A stretch of 64,000 nucleotides of DNA from assembly GCA_944379995.1 (NCBI GenBank), contig CALWGF010000005.1:48009-112008 (forward strand). Direction: 5' to 3'. A program made the translations under genes and the position numbers. Position 1 is the stretch's first letter, and every line of letters starts with the position of its first letter. This DNA comes from an uncultured Clostridia bacterium (GTDB lineage: Bacteria; Bacillota; Clostridia; Lachnospirales; Anaerotignaceae). Below are positions 49,145-58,884 of the stretch, in pieces. Under the pieces are notes generated by a model. It did not search any database. It worked only from the letters and a program-made list of their open reading frames with translations, and had not been told where the DNA came from.

Positions 49145-50908
49145 ATGAAAAGAAAACTTATATTATCATATATTCTTATAATTTTATTTATTTCAAGTAT
49201 TGCAGGTTTTGTTTCTGTACATATGTATAGCGGATTTTATAGAAATGAATATAAAAATCACCTTTTAAAAGAAAGTCATATGCTTTCTGATATTATGGTT
49301 TCTAATGAAAATATTATAGATGAAAATTATTATGATGATTTTGTTGAAAGTTATGGTAAAGAATTAAATTTTAGAATTACACTTATAAATTCTAGTGGTA
49401 AAGTTTTGGCTGATTCTGATGCTGATGAAATACAAATGGAAAATCATAGTAATAGAATAGAAGTTGAAAAAGCCTTAAAAGGTGAAGAAAATGTTGAAAT
49501 ACGTTATAGTGATAGTATAGGCATTGAATATATATATTCGGCAACTCCTGTTGTAATAAATGGTGAAACTATTGTATTAAGAATATCAGTTCCTCTTACT
49601 GCACTTCATAATATGCAAAAACAAATAATGGTTTATATTATGGCAGGTATAATTGCAGCAGCAGGAATGGCTTTTATTTATGCATATTTTCTTTCTGATA
49701 AAATATCAAAACCTATTGATGAACTTACAAAAGCAGCAAAAGAAATTTCCGAAGGTAAATATTCAAAAAGAATTGTCATTAAAAATAGTAATGACCAAAT
49801 AGGAGGTCTTACAGACTCTTTTAATTATATGAGTGAAAGACTTACTGATACAATAAATGCCTTAGAAAATGAAAATGTTAAACTAGAGTCTATATTAAAC
49901 AGTCTTATGAATGGTGTTGTGGCTATTGACTGCAATAATAATATTCTTATGATAAATACTGTTTTTAGAAAGTTTTTTAATCTTCCGGAAGATGTTATTG
50001 GTTATAATTTTTATGATATAGTAAGAGACGAAGCGTTATATGGTATTGTTGAGGAAGTACAAAAGAAAAATCATTATGTATCTAACGAAATAACATTTAA
50101 AGCAGCTATGGAAGAAACAAAAATATTAAGAATTTATGCTGCTCCTATATTAGGCAATCATTTTGAAAATGAAAAAATAGGTAGTGTTATTGTTTTCCAA
50201 AATGTAACACAAATTAGAAAACTTGAACAGATGAGAAGTGATTTTGTTTCTAATGTAACACATGAACTTAAAACTCCTCTTACTTCAATAATGGGATTTA
50301 CTGATACACTTAAAGCTGGTGCTATTGATGATAAAAAAACAGCACTCAAATTTATTGATATTATAGAAATAGAGTCTAAACGACTTTTTAGACTTATACA
50401 AGATATACTTTCTCTTTCGGAAATAGAAACAAGAAAAGAAGATATTAATCTTGAATATGCTAATTTAGAAGAAATTGTTGACAGTGTTTGTGAAGTTTTA
50501 GAACCACAAGCTAAAGCAAAAAATATACAGCTTATAAAAGAATTTGCTGATAATATACCAAAGTTTAAATGCAATAGAGATAGAATATCTCAAATGTTTA
50601 TTAATCTTATTGAAAATGGTATAAAATATACTGAAGAAGGTAGTGTGAAAATATCTTGTAGAAAAAATAGAAGATATATTGAGATAAATGTTCAGGATAC
50701 AGGTATAGGAATACCAGAAGAGTCAAAAGAAAGAATATTTGAAAGATTTTATAGAGTTGATAAAGGTCGTTCAAGAAAAGCTGGCGGAACAGGTCTTGGA
50801 CTTTCTATTGTTAAACATATAGTTTTCCTTTATGACGGAAAATTATGGGTTGAAAGTAAAATAGGTAAAGGTTCAAAATTTGTTATTCTCCTTCCATATG
50901 AAAGTTAA
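49145..50908 (+). CDS. PhoR-like sensor histidine kinase (HAMP, PAS, HisKA, HATPase)
   Basis: HELKTPLT, NLIENGIKY, DTGIGI, FYRVDKGRSR, GTGLGL. Confidence 0.92.
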   Translation: MKRKLILSYILIILFISSIAGFVSVHMYSGFYRNEYKNHLLKESHMLSDIMVSNENIIDENYYDDFVESYGKELNFRITLINSSGKVLADSDADEIQMENHSNRIEVEKALKGEENVEIRYSDSIGIEYIYSATPVVINGETIVLRISVPLTALHNMQKQIMVYIMAGIIAAAGMAFIYAYFLSDKISKPIDELTKAAKEISEGKYSKRIVIKNSNDQIGGLTDSFNYMSERLTDTINALENENVKLESILNSLMNGVVAIDCNNNILMINTVFRKFFNLPEDVIGYNFYDIVRDEALYGIVEEVQKKNHYVSNEITFKAAMEETKILRIYAAPILGNHFENEKIGSVIVFQNVTQIRKLEQMRSDFVSNVTHELKTPLTSIMGFTDTLKAGAIDDKKTALKFIDIIEIESKRLFRLIQDILSLSEIETRKEDINLEYANLEEIVDSVCEVLEPQAKAKNIQLIKEFADNIPKFKCNRDRISQMFINLIENGIKYTEEGSVKISCRKNRRYIEINVQDTGIGIPEESKERIFERFYRVDKGRSRKAGGTGLGLSIVKHIVFLYDGKLWVESKIGKGSKFVILLPYES

Positions 50909-50922
50909 CATATAAAAAGGGT

Positions 50923-50957
50923 AATGTCAACTAATAATTTTAAATATGGTTGACGTT
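50923..50957. promoter_or_regulatory. BirA operator overlapping the bioY -35
   Basis: AATGTCAACT-N15-GGTTGACGTT palindrome; promoter TTGACG-17-TATAAT at 50950-50978. Confidence 0.8.
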
Positions 50958-51008
50958 ATCTTTCTGTTTTTGTATAATATCATACATAACAGAAAGGAGA
51001 AACAAATT

Positions 51009-51578
51009 ATGAAAACAAAAAATATAGTATTATGTGGTCTTTTTGCAGCTATATTATGTTGTTTTGCAGCAATAACAATATATTTACCTTTTACATCAAT
51101 TCCAATTACATTACAAGTTATAGGTGTAAGTGTTGCTGGTGCTGTTTTAGGCAAAAAATATGGTGGTTTATCTGTTTTAATTTATGTCCTTATAGGTCTT
51201 TGTGGTTTACCTGTATTTTCTGGAATGAAAGGTGGAGTTACTGCACTTGCAGGACCAACAGGTGGGTATATATTAGGATTTATAGCAGAGGCATTTGTAA
51301 CAGGTTATTGTATCGAAAAATTTGTAAAAAATACAGATAATAAATTTATAAAAAATATAAAAATATTTATATCTATGATTATAGGACTTATTGTATTATA
51401 TGCCATAGGAACAATACAATTTATGTTTATTTCAAGCATATCTCTTTATAAAGCACTTTCACTTGCAGTAATTCCTTTTGTGCCACTTGATGTTATAAAA
51501 TTAGTTGTAAGTGTTTTAATAAGTGTATTTATAAGAAATAATATATATAATATTGACACATCAAAAGCATCTGTATGA
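51009..51578 (+). CDS. bioY: Biotin ECF S-component
   Basis: PITLQ, GLPVFSG, GPTGGYILGF; BirA box upstream. Confidence 0.93.
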   Translation: MKTKNIVLCGLFAAILCCFAAITIYLPFTSIPITLQVIGVSVAGAVLGKKYGGLSVLIYVLIGLCGLPVFSGMKGGVTALAGPTGGYILGFIAEAFVTGYCIEKFVKNTDNKFIKNIKIFISMIIGLIVLYAIGTIQFMFISSISLYKALSLAVIPFVPLDVIKLVVSVLISVFIRNNIYNIDTSKASV

Positions 51579-51642
51579 TGCTTTTTTTTTATGTAATTTT
51601 ATAGTAAAATAATAAAAAACTTTTTTGGGAGATTTATTTATT

Positions 51643-52713
51643 ATGAACATATCAGAAATTTTAAAGGATATAAAACCGCTATATAAAAAAGCAATTGAAG
51701 AAGCAAAAATATATAACGATAATCTTATTAAGCCTATTGGAAGTCTTGGCAGACTTGAAGAATTAGCCATACAGTTTTCAGGTATAACAGGAAATATTTT
51801 TAATTCAATGGATAAAAAAGCTATTGTTATAATGTGTGCTGATAATGGTGTGTATTATGAAGGTGTCAGTACTTCACCAAGAGAAGTAACTAAAATACAG
51901 ACAATTAATTTTTTAAAAGGTGTTACAGGTGTTGCAGTGCTTGCAAAACAAGGTAATATTGATTTAAAGGTTATTGATATTGGTATAGATGCTGATATTA
52001 ATGAAGAAGGTATAATAAATGAAAAAATAACCTATGGTACAAAAAATTGTGCAAAAGGGGAAGCCATGACAGTTGAACAATTTGAAAAGGCTTTTATGAT
52101 AGGTTTTAATATTGTAGGCAAACTTAAAGGAGAAGGATATAACATTATAGGTACTGGTGAAATGGGTATAAGTAATACAACTACTTCAGAAGCTGTTATA
52201 TCTGTACTTTGTAATGAAAACCCTGAAAATATTGTAGGAAAGGGTGCAGGACTTACAGAAGAAGGTCGTAATCATAAAGTAAATGTAGTTAAAAAAATAA
52301 TTGATGTTAATAATCCAAATACTGAAAATCCTATGGAGGTTGTTCAAAAAGTAGGTGGATTTGATATTGCAGGGCTTATGGGTGTTTTTGTAGGTGGTGC
52401 TTATTTTAGAGTACCTATTGTTATAGATGGTGTTATATCTATGGCAGCAGCTTTGGCAGCTTATAAATTATGTCCTATAACAAAAGATTTTATGGTTCCT
52501 TCTCATATTTCAGCAGAAAAAGGGTTTACTGTTGCATCAAATGAAATAGGTGTAAAACCTATATTTGATATTGGTATGAGATTGGGAGAAGGTTCTGGCT
52601 GTCCTTTTGCAATGTATGTTGCAGAGTCAGCTGTTAAAATTGTAAATGAAATGATAACATTTGATGATACTGAAATAGACAAAAGTAAATATATAGACAT
52701 AAGAGAGGAATAA
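51643..52713 (+). CDS. cobT: Nicotinate-nucleotide--dimethylbenzimidazole phosphoribosyltransferase
   Basis: KPIGSLGRLE, ADNGV, GEMGISNTT, RLGEGSG. Confidence 0.94.
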   Translation: MNISEILKDIKPLYKKAIEEAKIYNDNLIKPIGSLGRLEELAIQFSGITGNIFNSMDKKAIVIMCADNGVYYEGVSTSPREVTKIQTINFLKGVTGVAVLAKQGNIDLKVIDIGIDADINEEGIINEKITYGTKNCAKGEAMTVEQFEKAFMIGFNIVGKLKGEGYNIIGTGEMGISNTTTSEAVISVLCNENPENIVGKGAGLTEEGRNHKVNVVKKIIDVNNPNTENPMEVVQKVGGFDIAGLMGVFVGGAYFRVPIVIDGVISMAAALAAYKLCPITKDFMVPSHISAEKGFTVASNEIGVKPIFDIGMRLGEGSGCPFAMYVAESAVKIVNEMITFDDTEIDKSKYIDIREE

Positions 52714-52716
52714 TTT

Positions 52717-53259
52717 ATGATACTTGTAACAGGTGGTGCAAGAAGTGGAAAAAGTCAGTTTGCAGAAGAAATTGTATCACAAAAATATAAAAATATACTT
52801 TATATAGCAACATCAATACCTTTTGATGATGAAATGAAACTTCGTATTGAATTGCATAAAAAAAGACGTCCTAAAAATTGGTTTACATATGAAGGTTTTA
52901 AAAATATTGATAAAGTAATATACGAAAGTAAAGAGGATTGTATACTTTTTGATTGTATAACTATATTTATTACAAATCTTATATTTGAATATGCAAAAAA
53001 TCCCGAAAATATGACACGTGAAGATTTTTTAAACACAGAAAAAAGAATTATTGAGGATTTTAAAAATATTATTAAAGCAGTAAAAGAAACAGGAAAAGAA
53101 ATAGTATTTGTTACAAATGAAATAGGTATGGGCATAGTTCCAGAAAATAAGTTAAGTAGAAATTTTAGAGATATTGCAGGAAAAATAAACCAAATCGCAG
53201 GCAAAGAAAGTGATGAGGTTTATATGACAATATGCGGTATACCTATTAAAATAAAGTGA
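52717..53259 (+). CDS. cobU: Adenosylcobinamide kinase / phosphate guanylyltransferase
   Basis: GGARSGKS, RIELHKKRRP, TNEIGMGIVP. Confidence 0.94.
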   Translation: MILVTGGARSGKSQFAEEIVSQKYKNILYIATSIPFDDEMKLRIELHKKRRPKNWFTYEGFKNIDKVIYESKEDCILFDCITIFITNLIFEYAKNPENMTREDFLNTEKRIIEDFKNIIKAVKETGKEIVFVTNEIGMGIVPENKLSRNFRDIAGKINQIAGKESDEVYMTICGIPIKIK

Positions 53260-53267
53260 GGTTTAAT

Positions 53268-54017
53268 ATGCAACTTTTTATACTTACATTAAGATTTTTA
53301 ACAAGAATTCCTGTGCCTTTTAATAATGATACAATACTTTCAAATGAGGAGTTTGCAAAAGGTATAATTTATTACCCTATTATAGGGCTTATAGTTGGTA
53401 TTATAAATTTTTTAGTATTTATGTTTTTTTCATTAAGTGGAAGTATACTTGTTGCTTCTGTTTTTGCTGTACTTTCAGGAATAATTGTAACAGGTGGATT
53501 TCATATTGATGGGCTTGCTGATACTTGTGATGGACTTTATTCATCAAGAAAAAAAGAAAGAATACTTGAGATTATGAGAGATAGCAGAGTTGGCACAAAT
53601 GGTGCTATTGCTATTGTTTTTGATATACTTATAAGAGTTTCTGTAATATATTCTCTTGGTTTTGATAAAGGTATATTTGCTATTATACTTGCACCTGTTG
53701 TAGGAAAAATGGCTACTCCTTTACTTTTTAACAGTAAATATGCAAGAACAGGCGAAGGACTTGGAAATATATATTTAAGAGAAAAATATGATATTAGAAG
53801 TGTTTTAACAATGTTTTTAGGAATGGTTATAATAGGTGTATTACTTTTAAAATATTCTGTATTGCCTATAATAATATGTATGGTTTTTGCTGTTTTATAC
53901 AGAAAGCATTGTGAAAAAATAATAGGTGGTATGACAGGAGATACACTGGGTGCAGGTAGTGAACTTACAGAAATAGTATTTATGTTAGTTTATATTATGG
54001 AGATGAATTTATTATGA
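53268..54017 (+). CDS. cobS: Cobalamin synthase
   Basis: FLTRIP, GGFHIDGLADTCDG, IMRDSRVG, GGMTGD. Confidence 0.94.
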   Translation: MQLFILTLRFLTRIPVPFNNDTILSNEEFAKGIIYYPIIGLIVGIINFLVFMFFSLSGSILVASVFAVLSGIIVTGGFHIDGLADTCDGLYSSRKKERILEIMRDSRVGTNGAIAIVFDILIRVSVIYSLGFDKGIFAIILAPVVGKMATPLLFNSKYARTGEGLGNIYLREKYDIRSVLTMFLGMVIIGVLLLKYSVLPIIICMVFAVLYRKHCEKIIGGMTGDTLGAGSELTEIVFMLVYIMEMNLL

Positions 54018-54616
54018 ATATATATATGGTTAGACATGGTCAGACAGACTTAAATGTTAAAAGGGTTTATTATGGAAGTACCGATTGTGATATAAATAAA
54101 ACAGGTATTTTACAAGCAGAAAATTTAAGAAATTTTTTTGAAAATATAGATGTTGATTTAATAATATCTTCTGATTTAAAAAGAGCATATCATACAGCAG
54201 AAATCATAAAAGGAAATAGAAATATTGATATTGTAAAAGAAAAAGGTCTTAGAGAAATAAATTTTGGTGATTGGGAAAATAGAACATTTAAAGATATTAT
54301 GGAAAATGACCCACAAAATTATAAGATATGGACAGAAAATTGGCTTGATATAAAATTTCCGAATGGTGAAAGTTATATGGAATTTGCTAATAGAATAGAA
54401 AATGCTTTTTTTAATATACTAGAGAAATATAATAATTTAAAAAACATTCTTATTGTGTCACATAATGGTACATTATGCTCTTTGTTATGTTCAGCATTGG
54501 ATATAGGACAAAAAAGTTTTTGGCATTTAAAAATAGAACATGGAACATATACAATGATTAGTGTAAATGATAATTATGCTGTACTTGAAAAGTATAATTC
54601 TGATATAAATAATTAA
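54014..54616 (+). CDS. cobC: Alpha-ribazole phosphatase (histidine phosphatase)
   Basis: RHGQT, SSDLKRA, FGDWE and SH motifs; cob operon context. Confidence 0.88.
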   Translation: MNIYMVRHGQTDLNVKRVYYGSTDCDINKTGILQAENLRNFFENIDVDLIISSDLKRAYHTAEIIKGNRNIDIVKEKGLREINFGDWENRTFKDIMENDPQNYKIWTENWLDIKFPNGESYMEFANRIENAFFNILEKYNNLKNILIVSHNGTLCSLLCSALDIGQKSFWHLKIEHGTYTMISVNDNYAVLEKYNSDINN

Positions 54617-54693
54617 ATAAAATTGATGAAAAAAATATTAATTTATGATAAAATAATATTTAGTATTAATAGTATGTTTTTTGCCTTATAATA

Positions 54694-54722
54694 TTGACAA
54701 AATAGATACAAAATGCTAAAAT
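54694..54722 (+). promoter_or_regulatory. pyr operon promoter
   Basis: TTGACA-17-TAAAAT with an extended TG. Confidence 0.75.
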
Positions 54723-54761
54723 TTTCAACAATGTGTATTAAACAAATGAGGAGGAATAACA

Positions 54762-54833
54762 ATGGCTTTTAAAACTTCAAAACATAGTAAAAAAGTTTAT
54801 TGTTATTTCTCTTTTTTTATGGTTAATATTTAG
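54762..54833 (+). CDS. Putative 23-aa pyr leader peptide MAFKTSKHSKKVYCYFSFFMVNI
   Basis: GAGGAGGA RBS; U-rich second half; stop codon overlaps the attenuator stem. Confidence 0.65.
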   Translation: MAFKTSKHSKKVYCYFSFFMVNI

Positions 54834-54870
54834 GCGATAAAAAGTATTTCTTTTTGTTGCCTTTATTTTT
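54832..54870 (+). terminator. pyr leader attenuator
   Basis: AGGCGATAAAAAG/CTTTTTGTTGCCT 13-bp stem followed by TTATTTTT, upstream of pyrB. Confidence 0.75.
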
Positions 54871-54893
54871 GTATATATGTTAGGAGGTATAAA

Positions 54894-55814
54894 ATGTTAC
54901 AGAGAAAAGATATTCTTGGTCTTAAAGACATGAGTAAGGAAGAAATACTTACAGTTCTCGAAACTGCCAGAGAAATGAAGCTTAGAATAGATGATGGTTC
55001 ACTTAGAAAAGGTGAACTTAAAGGGAAAAGTATGGTAACTCTTTTCTATGAAAATAGTACAAGAACAAAAACATCTTTTGCCCTTGCTGGAAAATACCTT
55101 GGTGCAACAGTTCAAGACCTTGGTGTTGCTACAAGTAGCGTTAAAAAAGGTGAAAGCCTTATAGATACAGGTAAAACTCTTGACCAAATGGGTATTGATA
55201 TTATGGTTATGAGAAACAGTCTTACAGGTGCACCTCATGTGCTTGCTAAAAATGTTGAGGCTCATGTTGTTAATGCCGGAGATGGTTCAAATGAACACCC
55301 AACACAGGCTCTTTTAGACCTTTATACAATTCTTGATTACAAAAAACATTTTGAAGGTTTAAAAGTTGCTATTATTGGTGATATTTCTCATAGTCGTGTT
55401 GCAAGAAGTAATGTTTTTGGTCTTACAAAACTTGGTGCTGATGTTACTCTTGCAGGACCTTCAACTCTCCTTGGTGGAAGTGGTCTTCTTGGTGTAAAAA
55501 CAACAGCTGATGTTAAAGAAGCTATTACAGGTGCAGATGTTGTTATGGGACTCCGTATACAGTTTGAAAGACAAAAAACAACAGCTTTTCCGGGACTTAA
55601 TGAATATAGAGAGCTTTTTGGTGTTGATAAAGAACTTCTTAAATATGCTAAAGATGATGTTCTTGTAATGCACCCAGGTCCTGTAAATAGAGGTATTGAA
55701 CTTAGTACTGAAGTTATTGATGGTAAACATTCTGTTATAAATGTACAAGTTAAAAATGGTGTGGCTGTACGTATGGCTATACTTAAACTTCTTATTGAAG
55801 GAGGTAAAAAATAA
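54894..55814 (+). CDS. pyrB: Aspartate carbamoyltransferase catalytic subunit
   Basis: FYENSTRT, NAGDG..EHPTQ, HSRVARS, HPGP. Confidence 0.96.
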   Translation: MLQRKDILGLKDMSKEEILTVLETAREMKLRIDDGSLRKGELKGKSMVTLFYENSTRTKTSFALAGKYLGATVQDLGVATSSVKKGESLIDTGKTLDQMGIDIMVMRNSLTGAPHVLAKNVEAHVVNAGDGSNEHPTQALLDLYTILDYKKHFEGLKVAIIGDISHSRVARSNVFGLTKLGADVTLAGPSTLLGGSGLLGVKTTADVKEAITGADVVMGLRIQFERQKTTAFPGLNEYRELFGVDKELLKYAKDDVLVMHPGPVNRGIELSTEVIDGKHSVINVQVKNGVAVRMAILKLLIEGGKK

Positions 55815-57100
55815 TGAAAATTCTTATTAAAAATGGTAGACTTATAAACCCTGCAACAGGCATTGATGAAGTTATGGACGTGCTTGTTAATGATAGTATT
55901 GTAGAAAAAATTGAAAAAAATATAAATGATGATGCTGATAAAATTATAGATGCTGATAAATGTTGGGTAACACCAGGATTTATTGATGTTCATGTTCATT
56001 TAAGAGACCCAGGATATGAATATAAAGAAACAATAGCAACAGGAACAAGAGCAGCAGCAAAAGGTGGTTTTACAACAATATGTTGTATGCCTAATACAAG
56101 CCCTGTTACAGATAGTGAAATTATGGTTGAATATATAAAAATGAAAGCTGCTCGTGATGGTGTTGTAAATGTTCTTCCTATTGGTTCCATTACAAAAGGA
56201 CAAAGTGGTGAAGAACTTGCAAATATTGGACAAATGGCAAATGCAGGTGCTTGTGCTATAAGTGAAGACGGAAAAAGCGTTCTTTCATCAGGTCTTTTAA
56301 AAACAGCTATGAAATATGCTAAAATGTTTAATATTCCTGTACTTTCACATTGTGAAGATATGAGCCTTGTTGGTGGTGGTTCAATGAATGCTGGTGCTGC
56401 AAGTCAGCTTCTTGGACTTAAAGGTATTTCAAATGACTCTGAAGAAGTTATTGTTGCAAGAGATATAATACTTGCTAGAAGTACAAATTCAAAACTTCAT
56501 ATTTGCCATGTTAGTACAAAAGGAAGTATACAGCTTTTAAGAGAAGCTCATGCAAGAGGTGAAAATGTAACTGCTGAAATTTGTCCACATCACTTTACAC
56601 TTACTGATGAAGCCGTTATGGATTATGACGGAAATACAAAAATGAACCCTCCACTTCGTTCAGCAGAAGATGTTTTAGCACTTAAAGAGGCTTTAAAAGA
56701 TGGTACAGTAGGAATTATTGCCACAGACCACGCTCCACATAGTCTTGATGAGAAAAACTGCGAATATGAAAAAGCTGCTTTTGGTATTGTAGGTCTTGAA
56801 ACTGCACTTCCTCTCGGAATTAAAGTTCTTATTGGAGAAGGTTGGCTTACACCTTCACAGCTTATTGAAAAAATGACAATTAACCCTGCAAAAATGCTTG
56901 GTATAGATAAAGGTTCTATTGAAGTAGGTAAAGTTGCTGATATTACAATAATTGACCCAGAAGCTGAATATAAAGTTGATGTTTCAAAATTTGCTTCTAA
57001 GAGTAAAAACAGTCCTTTTGATGGATATGAAGTAAAAGGTAAAATTGAATATACAATAGTAGGCGGAAAAGTTGTTGTTGAAAAAGGCGAACTTGTTTAA
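55814..57100 (+). CDS. pyrC: Dihydroorotase
   Basis: DVHVHLRDPG, MPNT, KMNPPLR, TDHAPH. Confidence 0.95.
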   Translation: MKILIKNGRLINPATGIDEVMDVLVNDSIVEKIEKNINDDADKIIDADKCWVTPGFIDVHVHLRDPGYEYKETIATGTRAAAKGGFTTICCMPNTSPVTDSEIMVEYIKMKAARDGVVNVLPIGSITKGQSGEELANIGQMANAGACAISEDGKSVLSSGLLKTAMKYAKMFNIPVLSHCEDMSLVGGGSMNAGAASQLLGLKGISNDSEEVIVARDIILARSTNSKLHICHVSTKGSIQLLREAHARGENVTAEICPHHFTLTDEAVMDYDGNTKMNPPLRSAEDVLALKEALKDGTVGIIATDHAPHSLDEKNCEYEKAAFGIVGLETALPLGIKVLIGEGWLTPSQLIEKMTINPAKMLGIDKGSIEVGKVADITIIDPEAEYKVDVSKFASKSKNSPFDGYEVKGKIEYTIVGGKVVVEKGELV

Positions 57101-57115
57101 TTCGGAGGATTTAAA

Positions 57116-58048
57116 ATGATAATAGATAAACTTATTGAAAAAATTAAAGAAACAAATAATCCTACTGTTGTAGGTCTTGACCCTCGTCTTTCATATGTTC
57201 CAAAACATATTGTTAATGAATGTTATGAAAAGTTTGGAAAAACTCCTAAGGCTGTTGCAGAAGCATTCTTTATGTTTAATAAAGAAATAATTGATGCAAC
57301 ATATGACCTTATACCTGCTGTTAAACCACAGGTTGCTATGTATGAAATGTTTGGACCAGAAGGTATGGATTGCTATATAAGAACAATTCAGTATGCAAAA
57401 AGCAAAGGTCTTATTATAATTGGAGATATTAAAAGAAGTGATATTGCTTCAACAGCAGAGGCTTATTCTGATGGACATATTGGACGAGTTGATATTGACG
57501 GTGAAAAACTTGAAATATATTATGAAGATTTTATAACATTAAATCCATATCTTGGTATTGACTCTATTGAACCATATTTTGGAAACTGTAAAGATTATGA
57601 AAGAGGTATGTTTGTACTTGTTAAGACATCAAATCCAAACAGTGGAGAACTTCAAGACCTTGATGTAAACGGTATGAAACTTTATGAAAAAGTTGGCGAA
57701 CTTACAGAAAAATGGGGCGAAGATTTCAGAGGGAAATATGGATATAGCAGCGTAGGTGCTGTTGTTGGTGCTACACACCCAAGTCAGGCTGAAAATTTAA
57801 GAAAATTAATGCCACATACATTCTTCCTTGTTCCTGGATATGGTGCACAAGGTGGAAAAGCTGAAGACCTTGCTGTATGCTTTGACGAAAATGGTCTTGG
57901 TGCTATTATAAATTCATCAAGAGGAATTATTGCTGCATATAAAAATGATAAATATAAAGATATATTCTCTGAAAAGGATTTTGCTAAGGCTTCAAGACAG
58001 GCTGTAATTGATATGAGGGATGACCTTAATAAATATAGATTAAAATAA
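57116..58048 (+). CDS. pyrF: Orotidine-5'-phosphate decarboxylase
   Basis: VGLDP, DIKRSDI, VVGAT, PGYGAQGG, NSSR. Confidence 0.94.
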   Translation: MIIDKLIEKIKETNNPTVVGLDPRLSYVPKHIVNECYEKFGKTPKAVAEAFFMFNKEIIDATYDLIPAVKPQVAMYEMFGPEGMDCYIRTIQYAKSKGLIIIGDIKRSDIASTAEAYSDGHIGRVDIDGEKLEIYYEDFITLNPYLGIDSIEPYFGNCKDYERGMFVLVKTSNPNSGELQDLDVNGMKLYEKVGELTEKWGEDFRGKYGYSSVGAVVGATHPSQAENLRKLMPHTFFLVPGYGAQGGKAEDLAVCFDENGLGAIINSSRGIIAAYKNDKYKDIFSEKDFAKASRQAVIDMRDDLNKYRLK

Positions 58049-58110
58049 TAAATAAAAAATGGGGAATATTACTATTCCCCATTTTAAACTAATTTTTTTG
58101 GAGGAAATAT

Positions 58111-58884
58111 ATGAAATCGGTTAGTATTGCTGAAATTATAAAAAATGAAAATATATCCGAAAATATATATGATATGCTTATATCTGTTCCAGAAATAGCA
58201 AAAGAAGCTAAAGCAGGGCAGTTTATAAATGTATATACAGGAAAAGGGGAATGTTTACTTCCACGTCCTATAAGTATATGTGGTATTGATGAAAAAAAAG
58301 GTACAATAAGAATGGTATTTCAAGTTGTTGGAAAAGGAACAGAACTTTTTTCAGCATTAAAAGCAGGAGATACTGTTAAAGTTCTTGGACCTCTTGGAAA
58401 TGGATATGATATATCAGAAGAATGTACAAATAATGTACTTATTGGTGGTGGTATCGGTGTTCCTCCACTCCTTGAACTTGCTAAAAGACTTAAAGGAAAA
58501 AAACAAGTTTTTATAGGTGCAAGAACAAATCCTATACTTGTTAAGGAGTTTAAAGCACTTGGTGCTGATGTATATGTTGCTACTGATGATGGTTCAGAAG
58601 GATTTAAGGGAAATGCAGTTGAACTTGTAAGAAAAATAAATCCAGATGTTGATGCAATATATTCTTGTGGTCCTAAAATAATGCTTAAAGCTGTTGCTGA
58701 TTGGGCAGAAGAAAAAGGAATTAAAGCACAAGTTTCTATGGAAGAAAGAATGGCTTGTGGAATTGGTGCTTGTGTTGGCTGTGCTGTAAAAATCAAAAAA
58801 GAAGGAGAAAGCGATTGGTCAAATCTTAAGGTTTGTAAAGACGGCCCTGTATTTTTAAGTAATGAGGTGGTTTGGAATGAGTAA
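58111..58884 (+). CDS. pyrK: Dihydroorotate dehydrogenase electron-transfer subunit
   Basis: RPISI, GGGIG, CGP; [2Fe-2S] CGIGACVGC...C. Confidence 0.94.
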   Translation: MKSVSIAEIIKNENISENIYDMLISVPEIAKEAKAGQFINVYTGKGECLLPRPISICGIDEKKGTIRMVFQVVGKGTELFSALKAGDTVKVLGPLGNGYDISEECTNNVLIGGGIGVPPLLELAKRLKGKKQVFIGARTNPILVKEFKALGADVYVATDDGSEGFKGNAVELVRKINPDVDAIYSCGPKIMLKAVADWAEEKGIKAQVSMEERMACGIGACVGCAVKIKKEGESDWSNLKVCKDGPVFLSNEVVWNE

